Below, one piece after another: positions 12,700 through 25,609 of a stretch of 64,000 nt of DNA. The notes beneath the pieces are model-generated. The model did no database searches, was not told the DNA's origin, and saw only the letters and a list, made by a program, of their open reading frames with translations. Position 1 is the stretch's first letter. Every line of letters begins with the position of its first letter. Source of the DNA: Vicugna vicugna (lineage: Eukaryota). The stretch is taken from the NCBI GenBank assembly GCA_013265495.1, contig MU058781.1, positions 9,095,009-9,159,008 of the forward strand. Reading direction: 5' to 3'. Both the position numbers and the translations under genes were made by a program.

Positions 12700-14329
12700 T
12701 AAATGTTTTGTATTTTTTCTCTCTCTCAAAAGCCCTCTTTTCCTTTTTGCTTTGTTTGTTGTGGGTATCTGAGTCTTTATCAGTTTATTTTTATAAGAAT
12801 AAATTTCCCTGCCCCCCCACCTCTTCCACATTCCTGCTTCTGTCTGAGCAAGAAGGAGAAAGAGGAATGAGATGAATTGTGCTGGGGGGGGCTGGGGGGG
12901 GAGGGAAACCAGGTCCCAAAGAGTGGGTGCCCCTTCCCCTTTGCACTTTTCTCAGTTACAGCTTGGGACGAAAAGCTTGATTTAAAACAGGAGCTTCGTT
13001 TTCCTCAACAAAAAACAGAAAGCCATCTTTCCCATGACAGAGGTATCTGCTCTCACCCAGAGTCCCATTTTTTCTCTGGGAGGGCTTGAATTGCCAGCTC
13101 AGAGCACAGTGCCGGGGTCTCCTTCCCCAAGCCACACTCTCTCTTGTCACTGCAGATGAACCAGGAAACTCTGAAGCGACGGGACCCGACAGATAGAGGC
13201 TTGATTTCTTTTGTGTGCACACATGGGTTATGCACAAGGAATCATTATCTTTCCTTCAACTGGGGTCATTTTCTTCCCTCTTTTCCTCCAGACCTATACA
13301 TTAATTATTTAGTGACTGCTTCTTTAATCAAAAAATCTTCCTTATCTTTAGAGGTTTCCTTTTGAAATTTCTAAAGATTAGGATTATCCTCAGCATGTCA
13401 GATCTTTTTATGTCCGTATACTATATGGTTTCTACAGTGATATAAAAATGAATTACTGAGATCCTAGGCGCTAATCACATTCTGCATTTCTCTCCTAATA
13501 ATCCCAGATTGTATTAATCATAAATGTCAGCAGCGTCTCTGGATGACTTCTTGACTTTTGACAAAAAGCCTTCATCTTGGCCCTTTAAATTCCAAGGTCA
13601 AGGAGACTGTAACATTCAGAATAATTATTAGCATTATTTTACGTTGACATTTCCTCCCTGCTTCTAGTTTAACATTCCACCCAGGCGATGAAGACGAATG
13701 TCATCTTTCGATTCACTGGAGGGAATTGCCCCAATTAAACCTGACTTAAAGGCTATTGGAAATGCTGTATTAATTTGCCGTTCTTCTTTAAAATAGAAAA
13801 TATTTCATGAAGGAGAAGAATTTTCATTAAAAGCATTAAGGATTTACCATGACATGAACAAGCAATTTTGGAATTGACTTTCCTTCTCCCCAGGCTGGCA
13901 TAATGAGCGCGGGGGACCTCGGCCAGGCCAGGGTCTCCCTGTCGGTGGGCGTCCTATCAGGGCAAGCCGCCTTCTTTTCCTTTTAGCTCAAAGGTCATTG
14001 TTACAGTTTCGTCACACCCAGGATGATTGGAGGTGTCTTTTAGGAATCCTGGCCTTTCTGTGTGGTGGGGCCTCCTGCCTGGACAGCCTCTTAATTATAC
14101 TTCCTTTTTCTGAACCCCACCCTCCTCCACTTTAAAAAAATGTCAGGCTCGGGTTATTGGAGCACGTTCTTTTAAAGTCTCTAAGGCTGTGTTTGCATTA
14201 TGGGGGTGGTGAGCTGCTTCCTAGAACGTAAGCACCATGAAGATGGGGCCCTGGTCTGACTTCTCAGTGCTGTGTCTCCAGGGTCAGGCAGGTATTTCTG
14301 ATGTGAGTGAAAGGAGGCCGTGAAACACA

Positions 14330-14560
14330 GGGTCTGAGATTGTGAGCTCTGGGATCCACTGACTGGGACTGGACCCCAGTTCTGCCATCTACTGATTTGT
14401 GTTGACTTGTGTCTACTGCCAAGTTAACGCCATCTTTCTGAGCCTTTCTAAGGTGTCTTCATCTATAAAATGTGTATAATAATAGTATCAACTTCATGGG
14501 TTGTTGAGGATTAAGTGAGATAATGCTTGTAAGTGGCTTAACTCTGGGCCTGGCAAATGT
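14330..14560 (+). mobile_element. MIR
   Basis: cccagttctgccatctact...tctgagcct...catctataaaatg...gggttgttgaggattaagtgagataatgcttgtaa (MIR core). Confidence 0.8.
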
Positions 14561-15550
14561 TTCAGTCTTCCGTGTCAGGCAGAGGTGGGTCAGGGTAATA
14601 CCCCGCCCTCCTTCCTTGGATCTGTAGTCTGGCACTTGCCCCAGGGTGCAGGGAACACTAACCACCCAGTTGCCTGTTGGTTTGGGGCCTCTGCTGATCT
14701 CTGTCATTCACTTGCCAAGCATCTCTTGTGAAATTATAGGAATCCCTTCCCTAGAACTCTAAGGCAAAATTCCTAATCCAGTCCTACTTGTCAGGATGGA
14801 ATTCCTATTCCAGCCACCAGTGTGAGCGTCCTTCTTGGAGCGAGTTTGCATCTTGGATGCTGGTCTCTTTGACTGTATTTCTAAACCCCGCTCACCTGTA
14901 TCTCACCTCCATCTGTGCCACAGCCTCACCCTCCCTGCTGGCCTTGGCAGTGCCCCCTGTGTTTTGTCTGTGTTGACCTGCCTGATCCCTCATCTCCCGT
15001 GATTTGTGGCCTGACATGGGACATGCCCATCCCCCTGCAGTCTGGACTGCCTCTTGGTTTCATTCCCTTGTACTTGACCTTTCAGACAGCCACCTGCCAC
15101 TTGGCACTCCCTGATGTCTTCACCCGCACAGAGTTCATAGTGCCTTGTCCTATGTCATGTTTGTTACAGGCCAGAACATTTCTTCCCTAATGCTAATTTC
15201 TCAAATAAACAAATATTTAGAAATATTTCAGACATGCAGAAAAAGAAAAATGCAGAGATACAATAACCCCCCGTCAACATTTAACAAATTGAGCTGTATC
15301 GCTTCACATTTGAAAAAAAAAATGGAATAATGTAGACGCCGTCAAATCCCCTTTCCAGACCCCTTCTTGGTAGCGTTTCCTTCCCTTTGTCCCTCCTTGG
15401 AGGGAAGCACTATGCTGAGGTTGGTCTTTTCCCTCTCATACATGTTACTATACTTTCACTATGCATTTCTGTCCATAAACTATATACTACACTGTTTTTG
15501 TGCTAAGGTTTTATATAATTTAAAATTGTACATATTATGCTGATTGTATC

Positions 15551-15988
15551 TGTTATGGGTTGAACTTTGTCTCCCTAAATTCCTGCATTGAAGTCCTAAT
15601 CCCCAGGACCTCAGAATGTGGCTTCATCTGGAAAAAGAGCCATTGCAGATGTAATTCGCTGAGTTACAGTGTGGTCACGCTAGTGTAGGGTGAGTCCCTG
15701 GGACTGGTATCCTAAAATGAATGTCCTGGGAAGAGACAGAAACACCTACGGGGGAAGATGAGGTGAAGGTGCAGGAGAGCATCTTCAGTAAGCCAAGGAA
15801 CAATGAGGTGCCAGGGGCTAGGAGACAGGCCTGGAGCAGATGCTTCCTCAAAGCGCTCAGAAGGAACTAACCTTCGCTTACCTCTTGATCTTGGACTCCT
15901 AGTCTTCAAAACTAAGTGGATCCATTTCTGTCCTTTCAGCCACCCAGTCTGTGGTGCTTTGTTACAGCAGCTTTAGCTAACTGATACA
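15551..15988 (+). mobile_element. MLT1 solo LTR, inserted at the end of an old antisense L1 relic (~15200-15550)
   Basis: TG...CA termini: tgttatgggttgaa...cctcagaatgtg...tttgttacagcagc...ctgataca. Confidence 0.88.
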
Positions 15989-16417
15989 GCCTCCTTCTGC
16001 AGAGGTGCTCTCTGTGCCTCAGAAGACCGCTTTCTAGATTTAGCCATGTTGGAGGCAGCAGCCCACCACCACCCCTATTTTAAATATCAAATGTAGAGTT
16101 GGCAGCTTTTTGAAAAGAGCATAGCCTCACAACAAATGCAGCTCTTGTTTACTCTTCCCAGTAAAAATTTACTGAGCACCAACTACATGCTAAGCTCTGG
16201 GAAGGCGGGAACCAGGGAGGGCTAGTGAGCGAGGGGGAAAGGCATTTAGGAATGAAGGGAAGTGACCTGAGGCTTTGAACAGCATGCGAAAAGGGAAGGG
16301 CAGTGGATAGTGAGTTTGGTGGCTTTTGAGTGTCTGAGCTCCTGACATCGAGGAAAAGGGGACTATTGTATGGAAGCCTCATACCCCACAGTGGCTGAGA
16401 TGCCCATTCCTCTACTG

Positions 16418-16592
16418 CAGGGCTTCCACACTTCGTCAGAATCCCCTGGAGGGCTTGCTAATACCAGATTTCTCATCCCCGCTCCCAAGGTTTCTGATTT
16501 CATAGGTCTAGGTGGGGCCCAAGGATTTGCATTTCTAACAGCTTCTCACGTGATACCCTGCTGGTCCAGGGAACACACTTCGAGAACCATTG
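16418..16592. mobile_element. MER5A-like hAT-Charlie MITE
   Basis: cagggcttc...cagaatcccctggagggcttg...ggtggggcccaag..tttgcatttctaaca...cttcgagaaccattg. Confidence 0.8.
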
Positions 16593-17010
16593 GTCTGTTG
16601 TATTCAGTGACTCTCATTGTAGTTTTTGTAGCTTTTTTAATGAATCAATTTTTAGCAGGGTTAAAAAATATATACGTGGCATATCTTGGGTTGTGAAAGT
16701 TTTGCTCTGATTGGTCTTTTTTGTTTTTTGGGTTTTTTTTTAAGTTTCTGGTAGGGTTTGAGAAATTCTGCCTTATGTTACTTAGTTTACAGTTCCCACG
16801 ACATGTAGGGAGGATAGGTTCAGAGCCCACACCTTTACATATTACCTGTGCGGGTGTGTAGTACCTGCACATGTTACAAGTTTGGGCTTTTGTTTATTTC
16901 TCACTGGCGATCTTTTCCCCCATCTCATCTAAAGCCCCTGACGAATGACAAGTTTTCGTAAGCCTTCTTACTGCCTGTCTGAGCCTATGAGTAGAGTTTT
17001 TGTCAGCCTC

Positions 17011-17392
17011 TGTTAAGGACTGAATTGTGCCCCCCTAAAATTCATATGGTGGAGCCCTAGCCCCCAGTACCTTAGAATGTGACTGTATTTGGAAACAGCC
17101 TTTAAAGAGGTAGTTAAGGTTATATGAGGTCATAGGGGTGGGGCCCTAATCCAGTATAACTGGTGTCCGTATGAGAAGAGAGACACCAGGGATGCACACG
17201 CAGAGGGGAGGCCATGCGAGGTTACAGGGAGAAGGCGGCTGCCTGCAAGCCAAAGACAGAGGCCTCTGGAGAAGCCAGATCGGCCAGTACTTTGCTCTTG
17301 GACCCCCAGCCTCCAACACTATGTGAAAACAAATTTCTCAGGAGCCACCTAGACTGCAGTATATTGCTGCGGTAGCATAAGCAGACAGCACA
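17011..17392 (+). mobile_element. MLT1 solo LTR (MLT1A/B-like)
   Basis: tgttaaggactgaattgtgccccc...gaatgtgactgtatttgga...gcaagccaaag...ccagcctcca. Confidence 0.88.
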
Positions 17393-19162
17393 GCTCTCCT
17401 TAGTGGCTGGGGTGGCTCTTCACTCTGGACTTGACTCTCCTATCACCATCTGTTGGCTAAGGTTCTATCTCTTATCTCCGTGGGCACTAGAAACTCATTG
17501 CTCTGCATCCAGGAACTCTGGAAACCCAGTGAAAACCCAGGGGGCTGCTTCTGCATCAGCTTAGATTCATTTCCCTGGCTTTGATTGCTTTCATTTCTGG
17601 CACCTGGCCATTTCCCATATTTTCCTTCAAGCCCCATTCTCCCTCTGTATTTGTAAAGGTTATATTTTATCCAGCATTTGGGTATCTTTGTACCTGGAGG
17701 AATCAGGTTCATGTGTCGTGCTGCCGGAAGTTCAACAGTATGTTCTTAAATCCGTTGAACACTTTCTCGCATCCAATTCGATTCACGTTCCTCCAGACGA
17801 TTTCCCCAAGACAGTATTATCACCCGCAGGCTACAGGTGGAAAACTAGAGGTCAGAGAATCGGAGTGATTTTCCCAGGGTGGCAGAGCTAATAAATTGTG
17901 GAACTTGTCCCAGAATCTAACGCCAGTGCCCTTTCACTCCACCTTGGCGCCCATCACAGTCTACATGTAATAAGAGCATTTCTAGAAGATGAGAGTTGTG
18001 TTCTAGTTCCCTAGGCTATGGTGTTATTTTAGAAGCCATAGAATATGCTTGGAAACGCCCCAAGTTTCAGAAAACACTGCTAAAATCCTTCTAAGTAAAG
18101 CTGTGAGATGCTGCCTGGAACATCCACTTTTCACTGTTTCTCTTCCATGGATCTAAAAGCATTTTTTGAGAATCTGAGAAAAAAAAATTTTTTTTTCCAT
18201 ACTATCCATGCCATCAGTCCTGAGAGACAGATTTTTTCCTCCCTGTTTATGCCTGAAATTTAGCAGAAATTCTATTTTCTTCCAGTAGATTCTAGTATCA
18301 GCATCCAAAGGATTTTCCTTCTTAGCATATAATCTTGGAACACTTGAAAGTGCATTGTGTGGTGGGGAGTGAGGAACGTGGAAATATAACATCTCTATTT
18401 GGAAATTAATTTTAGGCTTAGCCTAGAAATAGATTTTAAGATGGGCTTTCTTCTTATATCCATCCACTGGCTTGAGTGTAAAGGAGGTCCTTTCTGGAGA
18501 GGAACTTCCCCACGTTGATGCAGCTAGCATCAGAGTTACCTTGCTGTTTGCTGCTCTGGAATCTATCTTTGGGGTCTTTCCACCTGCCTTCATCCCTCCC
18601 CCTCAGTCTGGGTCAAGTAAATTGCATAGTATCCTTCCACCAGGGAACTCTAGAAGAATCCTCTACTTTCATTTAGAGTCTCCCGATTCCTGCCCCATTT
18701 CCATTCACCTCCAGCAGTTTTTGTCGTAGCGTCATGTGCCTTTCTTGCCAACACCCTTCAGTCCCTGCCTTTCCTGAAACTCATCTCCTGGCTGGTCCCC
18801 AGAGCATGGCAGCCGATTTGCTCTTGATTCCTGTAACTGCTTTGCTTTCTCTCTTCTCATTGGCTACTGGAGGGCCCCGATTTGAAGAGAGCTTTGGCTC
18901 ACATTTGCAACGTCTTCCTTCCCAGATAGGTGTTACATATTCAAGTTCCAGACTTCCTTCTCCTGTTGCCTGCCCTCCTGTAAGGCTGCTCTGCTTACTG
19001 GCCTTTTTTATTGTCAGAAAGGATTGTTAGGTTGGCGGGCAGAACATTTCCAAGCCAAAAGCTTTCTTTAATGAAGAGCAAAGGTCATTACATTTTGTTT
19101 AATTTTTAAAGTATGTTTTATTTTCATTAGGTAATACACAAACTTGTCACAGAAAACAACTT

Positions 19163-19330
19163 GTTAATGGGAAGTTGTTTAATAGGTAGAGTTTTGACTT
19201 TGCAAGATGAGAAAGTTCTGGAGATTGGCTGCACCACAGCATGAATATACTTAAGACTATACTTAACTGTATACTTAAAACCAGTTAAGATGGTCGGTTT
19301 ATGCGTATTTTACCATGATTGAAAGAAAAC
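19163..19330 (+). mobile_element. L1MB-like 3'UTR fragment
   Basis: gtttaataggtagagttt...tgcaagatgagaaagttctggagat...aactgtatacttaaaa...gttaagatggt. Confidence 0.75.
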
Positions 19331-19527
19331 CCCAGAATGGCTTGTCTTAAATTTTATATATATTTCGCAAGCTGTCTCAATCCTTTTAGGAACAAGGTGT
19401 CTGCAAATAAATAGGGTGTCTGTATTTCCACCATTTCATTTTGTCTGTCTGGTGTTGGCATAGAGTGTCCACCTTTGCTTCTGAACGCGTAAGTGCTTTT
19501 TATGGACACAGAGCCATAATCACAGTG

Positions 19528-19676
19528 CAGTCTTCCCTCAGTATCCAGGGGGACTGGTTCCAGGAGGCCCTACAGGTACCAAAATCCAAGGATACTCAAG
19601 TCCCTTACGTAAATGGCATAGTACGGTCGGTCCTCCCTCCGTGGATGCGAAACCCGCCGATACGGAGAGCCAACTA
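19528..19676 (+). mobile_element. Internally deleted MER2-like TcMar-Tigger MITE
   Basis: Terminal inverted repeats cagtcttccctcagtatcc... / ...gatacggagagccaacta, followed by TA. Homologous to both ends of the copy at 37052-37361. Confidence 0.8.
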
Positions 19677-21081
19677 TATATAAGGCGACAGGGTTCTTCT
19701 TCCAGGCCTTACGGTGCTGCTTCTTTGTTGACCTTTCAGTGCCTCAAAGTAACCCTGTCCAGACAGAGGTAGATGCCCAGGCCCTGAATCCTCCTTTTTG
19801 CTCTTTGGTGCCAGGATGATCACATTACATTAGCACCCCCGTCCGTGTTCTCAGGCGCCCACGACACTGTCGATAATCATGGAAAAGGAAGTTGACGTCT
19901 TTGGAGTAATGTCCTCTAGCTCTGTTTTCTTCCAGTTTATTAAATGTGAAAAAAACAAGGTCACGGTCAAAGCCCACGATAGAAAAGGCATTTCTCAAAA
20001 AACTGCTGGAAGCGTCATGCTGACAAGAAGTCAGGGGGTTATTATCAAAGCAACTTTGAGATGTGGGCTCTTCCAGGGAAAAAAGATGCTGCGTACACCT
20101 GCCGCGTGTCCTCTGACCGTCACCTCTGGCTGCGCTGTGTTGCTTGCTGGCCCTCATGATGTCAGGAATCTGTTTAATTGTCTTAGGGTGCTTTAAAGCT
20201 TCTCGGAGATTCAGGTGACTATTTCAAACACCAGGATTTTTTTTAATGGTTGAGGGGGTAAAAAATAATCAGAAACATAACAACACTTGAATCATTTTTG
20301 AAGTGCATCTATTTTTGTTTTCTGCCTGAAACCAAAATGCTCTTGGCAAAGTCTGTCCCTGAAATGATAAATATCTTAAGTCACGGAGTCCAAAAGAAGG
20401 CAGGGGGCCCAGTATGCTAGAAACCAAAGCAGGAAACAAATCCAAATTTGAATGTTTGACTGTGATTGCCTGGGTGAGTGAAGCCTTGGACAAAATAGAA
20501 CTTTCTTCGTATGGAAGAAAAAAACCCCAGATATTTATTGCTACCCAGTTACTTGACAAGGATGCTTGGCTCTAACAGCAACTTTGCAAAGCGTGAGAAG
20601 TTACCGAGGTTTCTGCATCTGCAAACTAAATGCTCTTGGAGTTTTTTTTCTAAACACAAAACATCTAAGCACAAACATCATCTGAATAATTGCTGTGAAG
20701 GAATTTGGCTTCTCAGATGGTCTTTAAAAATCTGTTCGCTTCCCAGGCTCTTCCATTTTTTTCATTCCTTCTTCTGTGTGTTAAGGGGAGATCAGCAGAT
20801 GAGGCCACTATATTCATCATGTATTTTTATATTTACGTCTTCTCTCTTTTGCACCTATTTGGTGAATCCTTGCTTTTGTGTTTCTTCTCATTTTCTTGGC
20901 TCACTTTTTGAAAGTTCTAGTACTTAGATGTCTTAGAACAGCAGCCACATTTGAACCCTGAAACGAGTTTGTTAAGCATTCAGAATATGAGGGGATTGGT
21001 TTTTTTGTATTTGTTTTTGTTTTTTTAATCAATACTTCTCAATCCATTCTCTGCCCAAGGGTATTAAAGGCAGGTAGTAAT

Positions 21082-21226
21082 GGGGGGAGAGTATAACTCC
21101 GTGGTAGAGCGTGTGCTAACATGCACGAGATCCTGGGTTCAATCCCTAGTACCTCTGTTTAAAAAATAAGTAAATTAATAAACCTAATGATCACCCCTCC
21201 CCGAAAAAGGCTCATTTTTTAAAAAA
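21082..21226 (+). mobile_element. Camelid-type tRNA-derived SINE (Vic-1-like)
   Basis: ggggagagtataactccgtggtagagc (A box)...gggttcaatcc (B box), then an A-rich tail with an aaacctaat..ccct extension. Confidence 0.85.
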
Positions 21227-21461
21227 GCAGATAACAATGGAAAATACTTACGTTGGGCCAGGCACCATTCTTAACACTTTAAATAAATTAACTCAGCCCT
21301 CCTATAGGTTCTATCTTTATCCTGCAGAGACAGAAAGAGGGGCACAGGGAGGTGAAGGAACCGCCCCGGGGGTTTTCTAGGTAGTGAGCGAAGAGCTGGG
21401 AGGGGCGCAGAGGCCGTCCTGGGCCAGCACATGGCGCTCCCTGAGGATGGAGCTTCCCGGG

Positions 21462-21680
21462 TGGTGTCTGGGGAAGGGTTAACAACTGGTTCTCAAGCAA
21501 ACAAACAAACAAAAAGTCCTCATTGGCAATAGCCTTCGCCGATTTCCGATTTCCGTGGCTCAGTACTCTCACTGGCCCATTTCAAGCTGCCAGTGGCAAC
21601 TCAGCTGGCTCCCGATCTTCCTGAAAATGGAAATCATCGGCTTTCCTGAGCCAGTACCAGGCAGCTCCAGCACATCCTCT
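21462..21680 (+). mobile_element. MER63-family hAT element
   Basis: ttaacaactggttctc...gccgatttcc...atttcaagctgcca...cagctccagcacatc. Confidence 0.65.
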
Positions 21681-24278
21681 CCGTATTTCCTTCAGCACCA
21701 AGGGATGGACAGTCTGTGCGCGAGGTTCCGCCACCTTGACACACTTTCCCGAGACTGACTGTCTAGGGAGGTTTTCCAGGGAGAGCCGGCTGCCTCTGTG
21801 CCTGCCTCCCATCTCCTCAGCCCACTCCTGACTTCTGGCTTCCCTTTGTGGCTGGGCAGCGCTGTGCCTGGGAGTCAGGACCAGGCCAGCAAGGCCCACT
21901 CACAGGGCAGGTAGCAGCTTGCTTAGGCCAATGAACACACAGGAAAGCAAAGGGGACCTTTTTGGCAGAAGGGTGAGGAGAGAAGGGCTGAGTTGCTAAG
22001 GGGAGGAGATGACAGCCATCCAGAGGTGATGGAGAAGTGGCCAATCATCAGGATTCCATCCTCATTCCCTAGGTGAGGACCTGGGCTCGAGGGCGTCATG
22101 GCCTGTACTAAGAGAGCTAGAGTTAGTTTATGGCAGATCCTGGTCTCTTGCAAAAAGGAAATTTATTTTAAGAATATTAATAGGGATGTGTATGAATACC
22201 TCCTCCCCCCAGGGTGACTTTCATTGATGTTGGATCTTAGGTCACAGAAGATACACTGGCGTCGATCTGTCGGAGACACAGCAGGAGGGGATGGTGGGCC
22301 TGGTTCATCGAGGGAGGATGGCATGGCTTGACCACTTTCCACTCTCAGTTAAGGCTCTCACTTTGGTCCTCTGGGGACTGGCCCTGTGGCATCCACACTG
22401 TGTCTCAGCACAGCTTTCCACAAGCCCCCAGACTGGGCCTGGGCTTTGCCTGATATGCACAGGAGCCTTGGAAATAGCTTAAAGCCACACAGACGGAATC
22501 AGCCCGTGAGTTTTCCGGGAGTGGAGAATGGGGAGATGCACTTGTGGCGGCTTCTGTTGAGTTTGTTCAACCCAGAAAGGGAATTTGGGGTGAAATGCAC
22601 GAGAGAACCAGAGTAGGCTTTTTATTTTAATTTTTGATGTGTCTGGTTTTTGGTGGGGAAGTGGTTGTCTGTGCTGCTAAGGAGAAATCTCGCTTGTGAT
22701 CTATTGTCAACTGCTTTTTGGTTGGCACCGTACACCACTTAAGGGACCGCATTTCAACTCTACTCTTTGGATTCCAGCCTTGATTTCCACTGAGAGAAAA
22801 ACATTCGGTTTCCTGTGACACGAGGGGAAAGAGCTGCTCTGAGACTGAGAGCGGGGCGGGTGGGGCCTCACCTGCGGTGCGGGCTGGCGAGGCAGGAAAT
22901 GGCACCCTTCATCATTACGTCCATGCCTGTGCTCGGTTCCACCCCAGTGGCCGGGCACCTTCACCAGTGCTGCTGAGGCTGGACGGGCTTGTTACTCGTC
23001 TCCCTGTTTCCAGAGGGTTCTCTCTGAGCTCCAGACAGGATGATTAATGGCCCTTTAGGTCCACCCTAACAGGCTGAGGAGACAACTATACCTCATTCTT
23101 GGGGAAACAAGCCCCAGGACATACATTATCGAGGAAAACTGAGACGGCCAACAGGCTACTTCATTAGGTATTTGTCAGCTTTAGCCTTTATTGTAGGACT
23201 TTATTCAGTTTTTATATACATATTTGTACGTATATTTAAAATATACAGGCAGGTGTAGTATCTATACACACTTTATTAAAAACCAGAAGAAAACACTAGA
23301 TACTAGAATATTATTCAGGAATTGCTTTTCTTACATTCTTTTTCTTATTACAAAGGATGGAGACGACTTAGATAAAAGGAAGTTTAAATGAAAAAGAAAC
23401 TAAAAATAATCTATTTTTAAAATCACACAAATACACCGCTATTAACAATTTGCTATATTTCTTTCCAGTTCTTTGTCGATGCACACAGAAACGTTTCTTG
23501 AAACAATGAGGAAACAGTGTTATAATTGCTTTTTTAATCTTAATATATTATGAGGACTAAACAGGATAAATTATAAAAAAGTTTTAACACTACCTAATAG
23601 TATCCACTAAATAAAAGATCGCTGTTACAGTCATTATTATTTTCTTCCTGTATCAAATATTATTACCTATTTTATTTCTAGTTATAAACAATCCTGTAAT
23701 GAGAATTTCATGGACAGATTTGTACACACAACCGTTATTATTTCTTTAATATAGTTCCTTGGAGGAGAATTGCTGGGTTGAAGGATATCCACTTACTTAT
23801 TAAGCAGCTCTTTATTGAGTGTTTACTGTTTGCCAGCAACTGTCTTAGGAACCAGAAGTAACAACCAGAATAACAAGACACACTTGCTACCTGCTCTGGT
23901 GGAACTTACACTCCAGGGAGAGAGGAAAAATAACTAAACAGTTACAGGGAATTCTAAGAAAAGCAAATTCAAATGATCAATAAACATAGAAAAATGCTCA
24001 GCCTCCCCAGCGGGGAGGGAAATGCAAATTAAAACATCAAGATGACACTTTTACACCTATTTGATTGACAGAACTAGCAAACACCAAAAGCTGACCAGGA
24101 TGTAGAAGAGGTGGGTGCTCATGGATTCATACTGCTGGCTGAAATCTGAATTATGATGACAGCCTTTTAGGAGAGTAACCTGGCCACACCTATAAAAGGA
24201 ATAATAAAATGCATGTATACTTTAACTCAGCACTCTAGGGAATTTATCCCACGGAAATAATATTTAAGAGCACACACT

Positions 24279-25067
24279 TGGAGGGGATCAGAATACGCCA
24301 CCCCAAAATATGCCACTTCAGCAAATAGATTATTTTGAACTGGAGGAGTCATAGGGAGAATTCTCTGCCAAAAGCAGGGTACAAATTTCCATTTGTAAAG
24401 ATATCCCCCCTCCCCTCTCATAGCAGGAAGAAGGAGGGCTGGGGGCAGCACTGACTTGAGTCTGCGTAAACAAACCTCACTAAAATGACCCTTGCGTAAA
24501 CAAACCTCACAAAAATGACCCTTATCTTCCATTAGTTTCCCCCGTACATTTTCTGTCCCACAGTTGACCAGCCCTAGAAGCCCAAACCCCTTTTCTTTTG
24601 TCTTGTCACTTCTCCATACTTGGTCACCCTTTGTTAAAATGGTGTTTAAAGACCTCAGACCTAACCACTTCTTCAGGCTTTCACTTCTTTACTGTGTAAG
24701 AAAATTTTCTCCTGTTAAGCTGTCTTTGTCAAGTTCATTCAGTCACACTAAAATGACCCTTGCGTAAACAAACCTCACTAAAATGACCCTTATCTTCCAT
24801 TAGTTTCCCCCGTACATTTTCTGTCCCACAGTTGACCAGCCCTAGAAGCCCAAACCCCTTTTCTTTTGTCTTGTCACTTCTCCATACTTGGTCACCCTTT
24901 GTTAAAATGGTGTTTAAAGACCTCAGACCTAACCACTTCTTCAGGCTTTCACTTCTTTACTGTGTAAGAAAATTTTCTCCTGTTAAGCTGTCTTTGTCAA
25001 GTTCATTCAGTCCTCAGGAGCTGAAGATCAGAGATCAGAGGAAACAGTTTTTACCCTCTCCCCTGCA
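24279..25067 (+). mobile_element. ERV1 solo LTR (MER34/MER39-like) with internal duplications
   Basis: TG...CA termini and a perfect 4-bp TSD CACT (24275-24278 / 25068-25071). Start cagaatacgccaccccaaaatatgccact..gattattttga. Confidence 0.88.
24478..25012. repeat. 268-bp-period tandem duplication (24478-24744 / 24746-25012)
   Basis: Copies are identical by eye except A24511 vs T24779. The ORFs at 24564 and 24832 share an identical N-terminal sequence, offset by 268. Confidence 0.95.
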
Positions 25068-25521
25068 CACTGAACAGTGTTGCATCTTTGCTCATAGTGG
25101 CAAAAACTGGAAACCGATCAAAAGAGGAGTTACGGTGTAACCACTCCATGGGGATTTTTATGCATTTGCTGTTTCTTGCAAGCTATCCCATATATGTGAT
25201 ATTTTACGTATATATATATAAAGAAATTAGGAAAAATTAGATTTAGGAATATCCATGATACAGTATTAAACCAAAAAAAAAGGAGAAAGGAAAAATTAGT
25301 TTCAGAGTGAGAAAAAGGTATGCTTCTCTTTGAGTGAAAAGCAAGCCAACAAACTCAAATATGTGTATAAGCCTGTATACTTATATGGGATCCAGGCGAA
25401 ATGTGTTTACAGATACCTAGCATCATATTAATACTGATTTCTGTGGGGAGATGGGATTGGGTAGATGGCTAGCTTTTTTCTTTTACAGCTTATTTTTTCA
25501 AAGGGTTCTGGGCTGGCTGGC

Positions 25522-25609
25522 TTGTTTGTTTAATGGAGGTACTAGGGATTGAACGCAGGACCTCGTGCATGCTAAGTACGTGCTCTACCGCTGAGCCGTA
25601 CCGTCCCCC
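25522..25609 (-). mobile_element. Vic-1-like SINE
   Basis: atggaggtactagggattgaacgcaggacctcgtgcatgctaag...ctctaccgctgagc. Confidence 0.85.

Larger units (their letters stand above)
23960..25265 (+). mobile_element. Ancient L1 ORF2 3' relic split by the LTR at 24279-25067
   Basis: aaatgctcagcctc...gaaatgcaaattaaaac...cagcactctagggaatttatcc on the left; ctcatagtggcaaaaactggaaac on the right. Confidence 0.7.

Noticed and set aside
21082..21155. tRNA gene
   Set aside because: A and B boxes are present, but the A-rich tail and dispersed diverged copies mark it as a SINE.
24463..24790. Recurring 30-bp unit as a CRISPR-like array
   Set aside because: Mammalian DNA with adjacent units and no unique spacers. 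Fully explained by nested tandem duplications in an LTR.
24564..25140. Two near-identical ORFs as duplicated genes
   Set aside because: Non-ATG chance frames inside the duplicated LTR segment.
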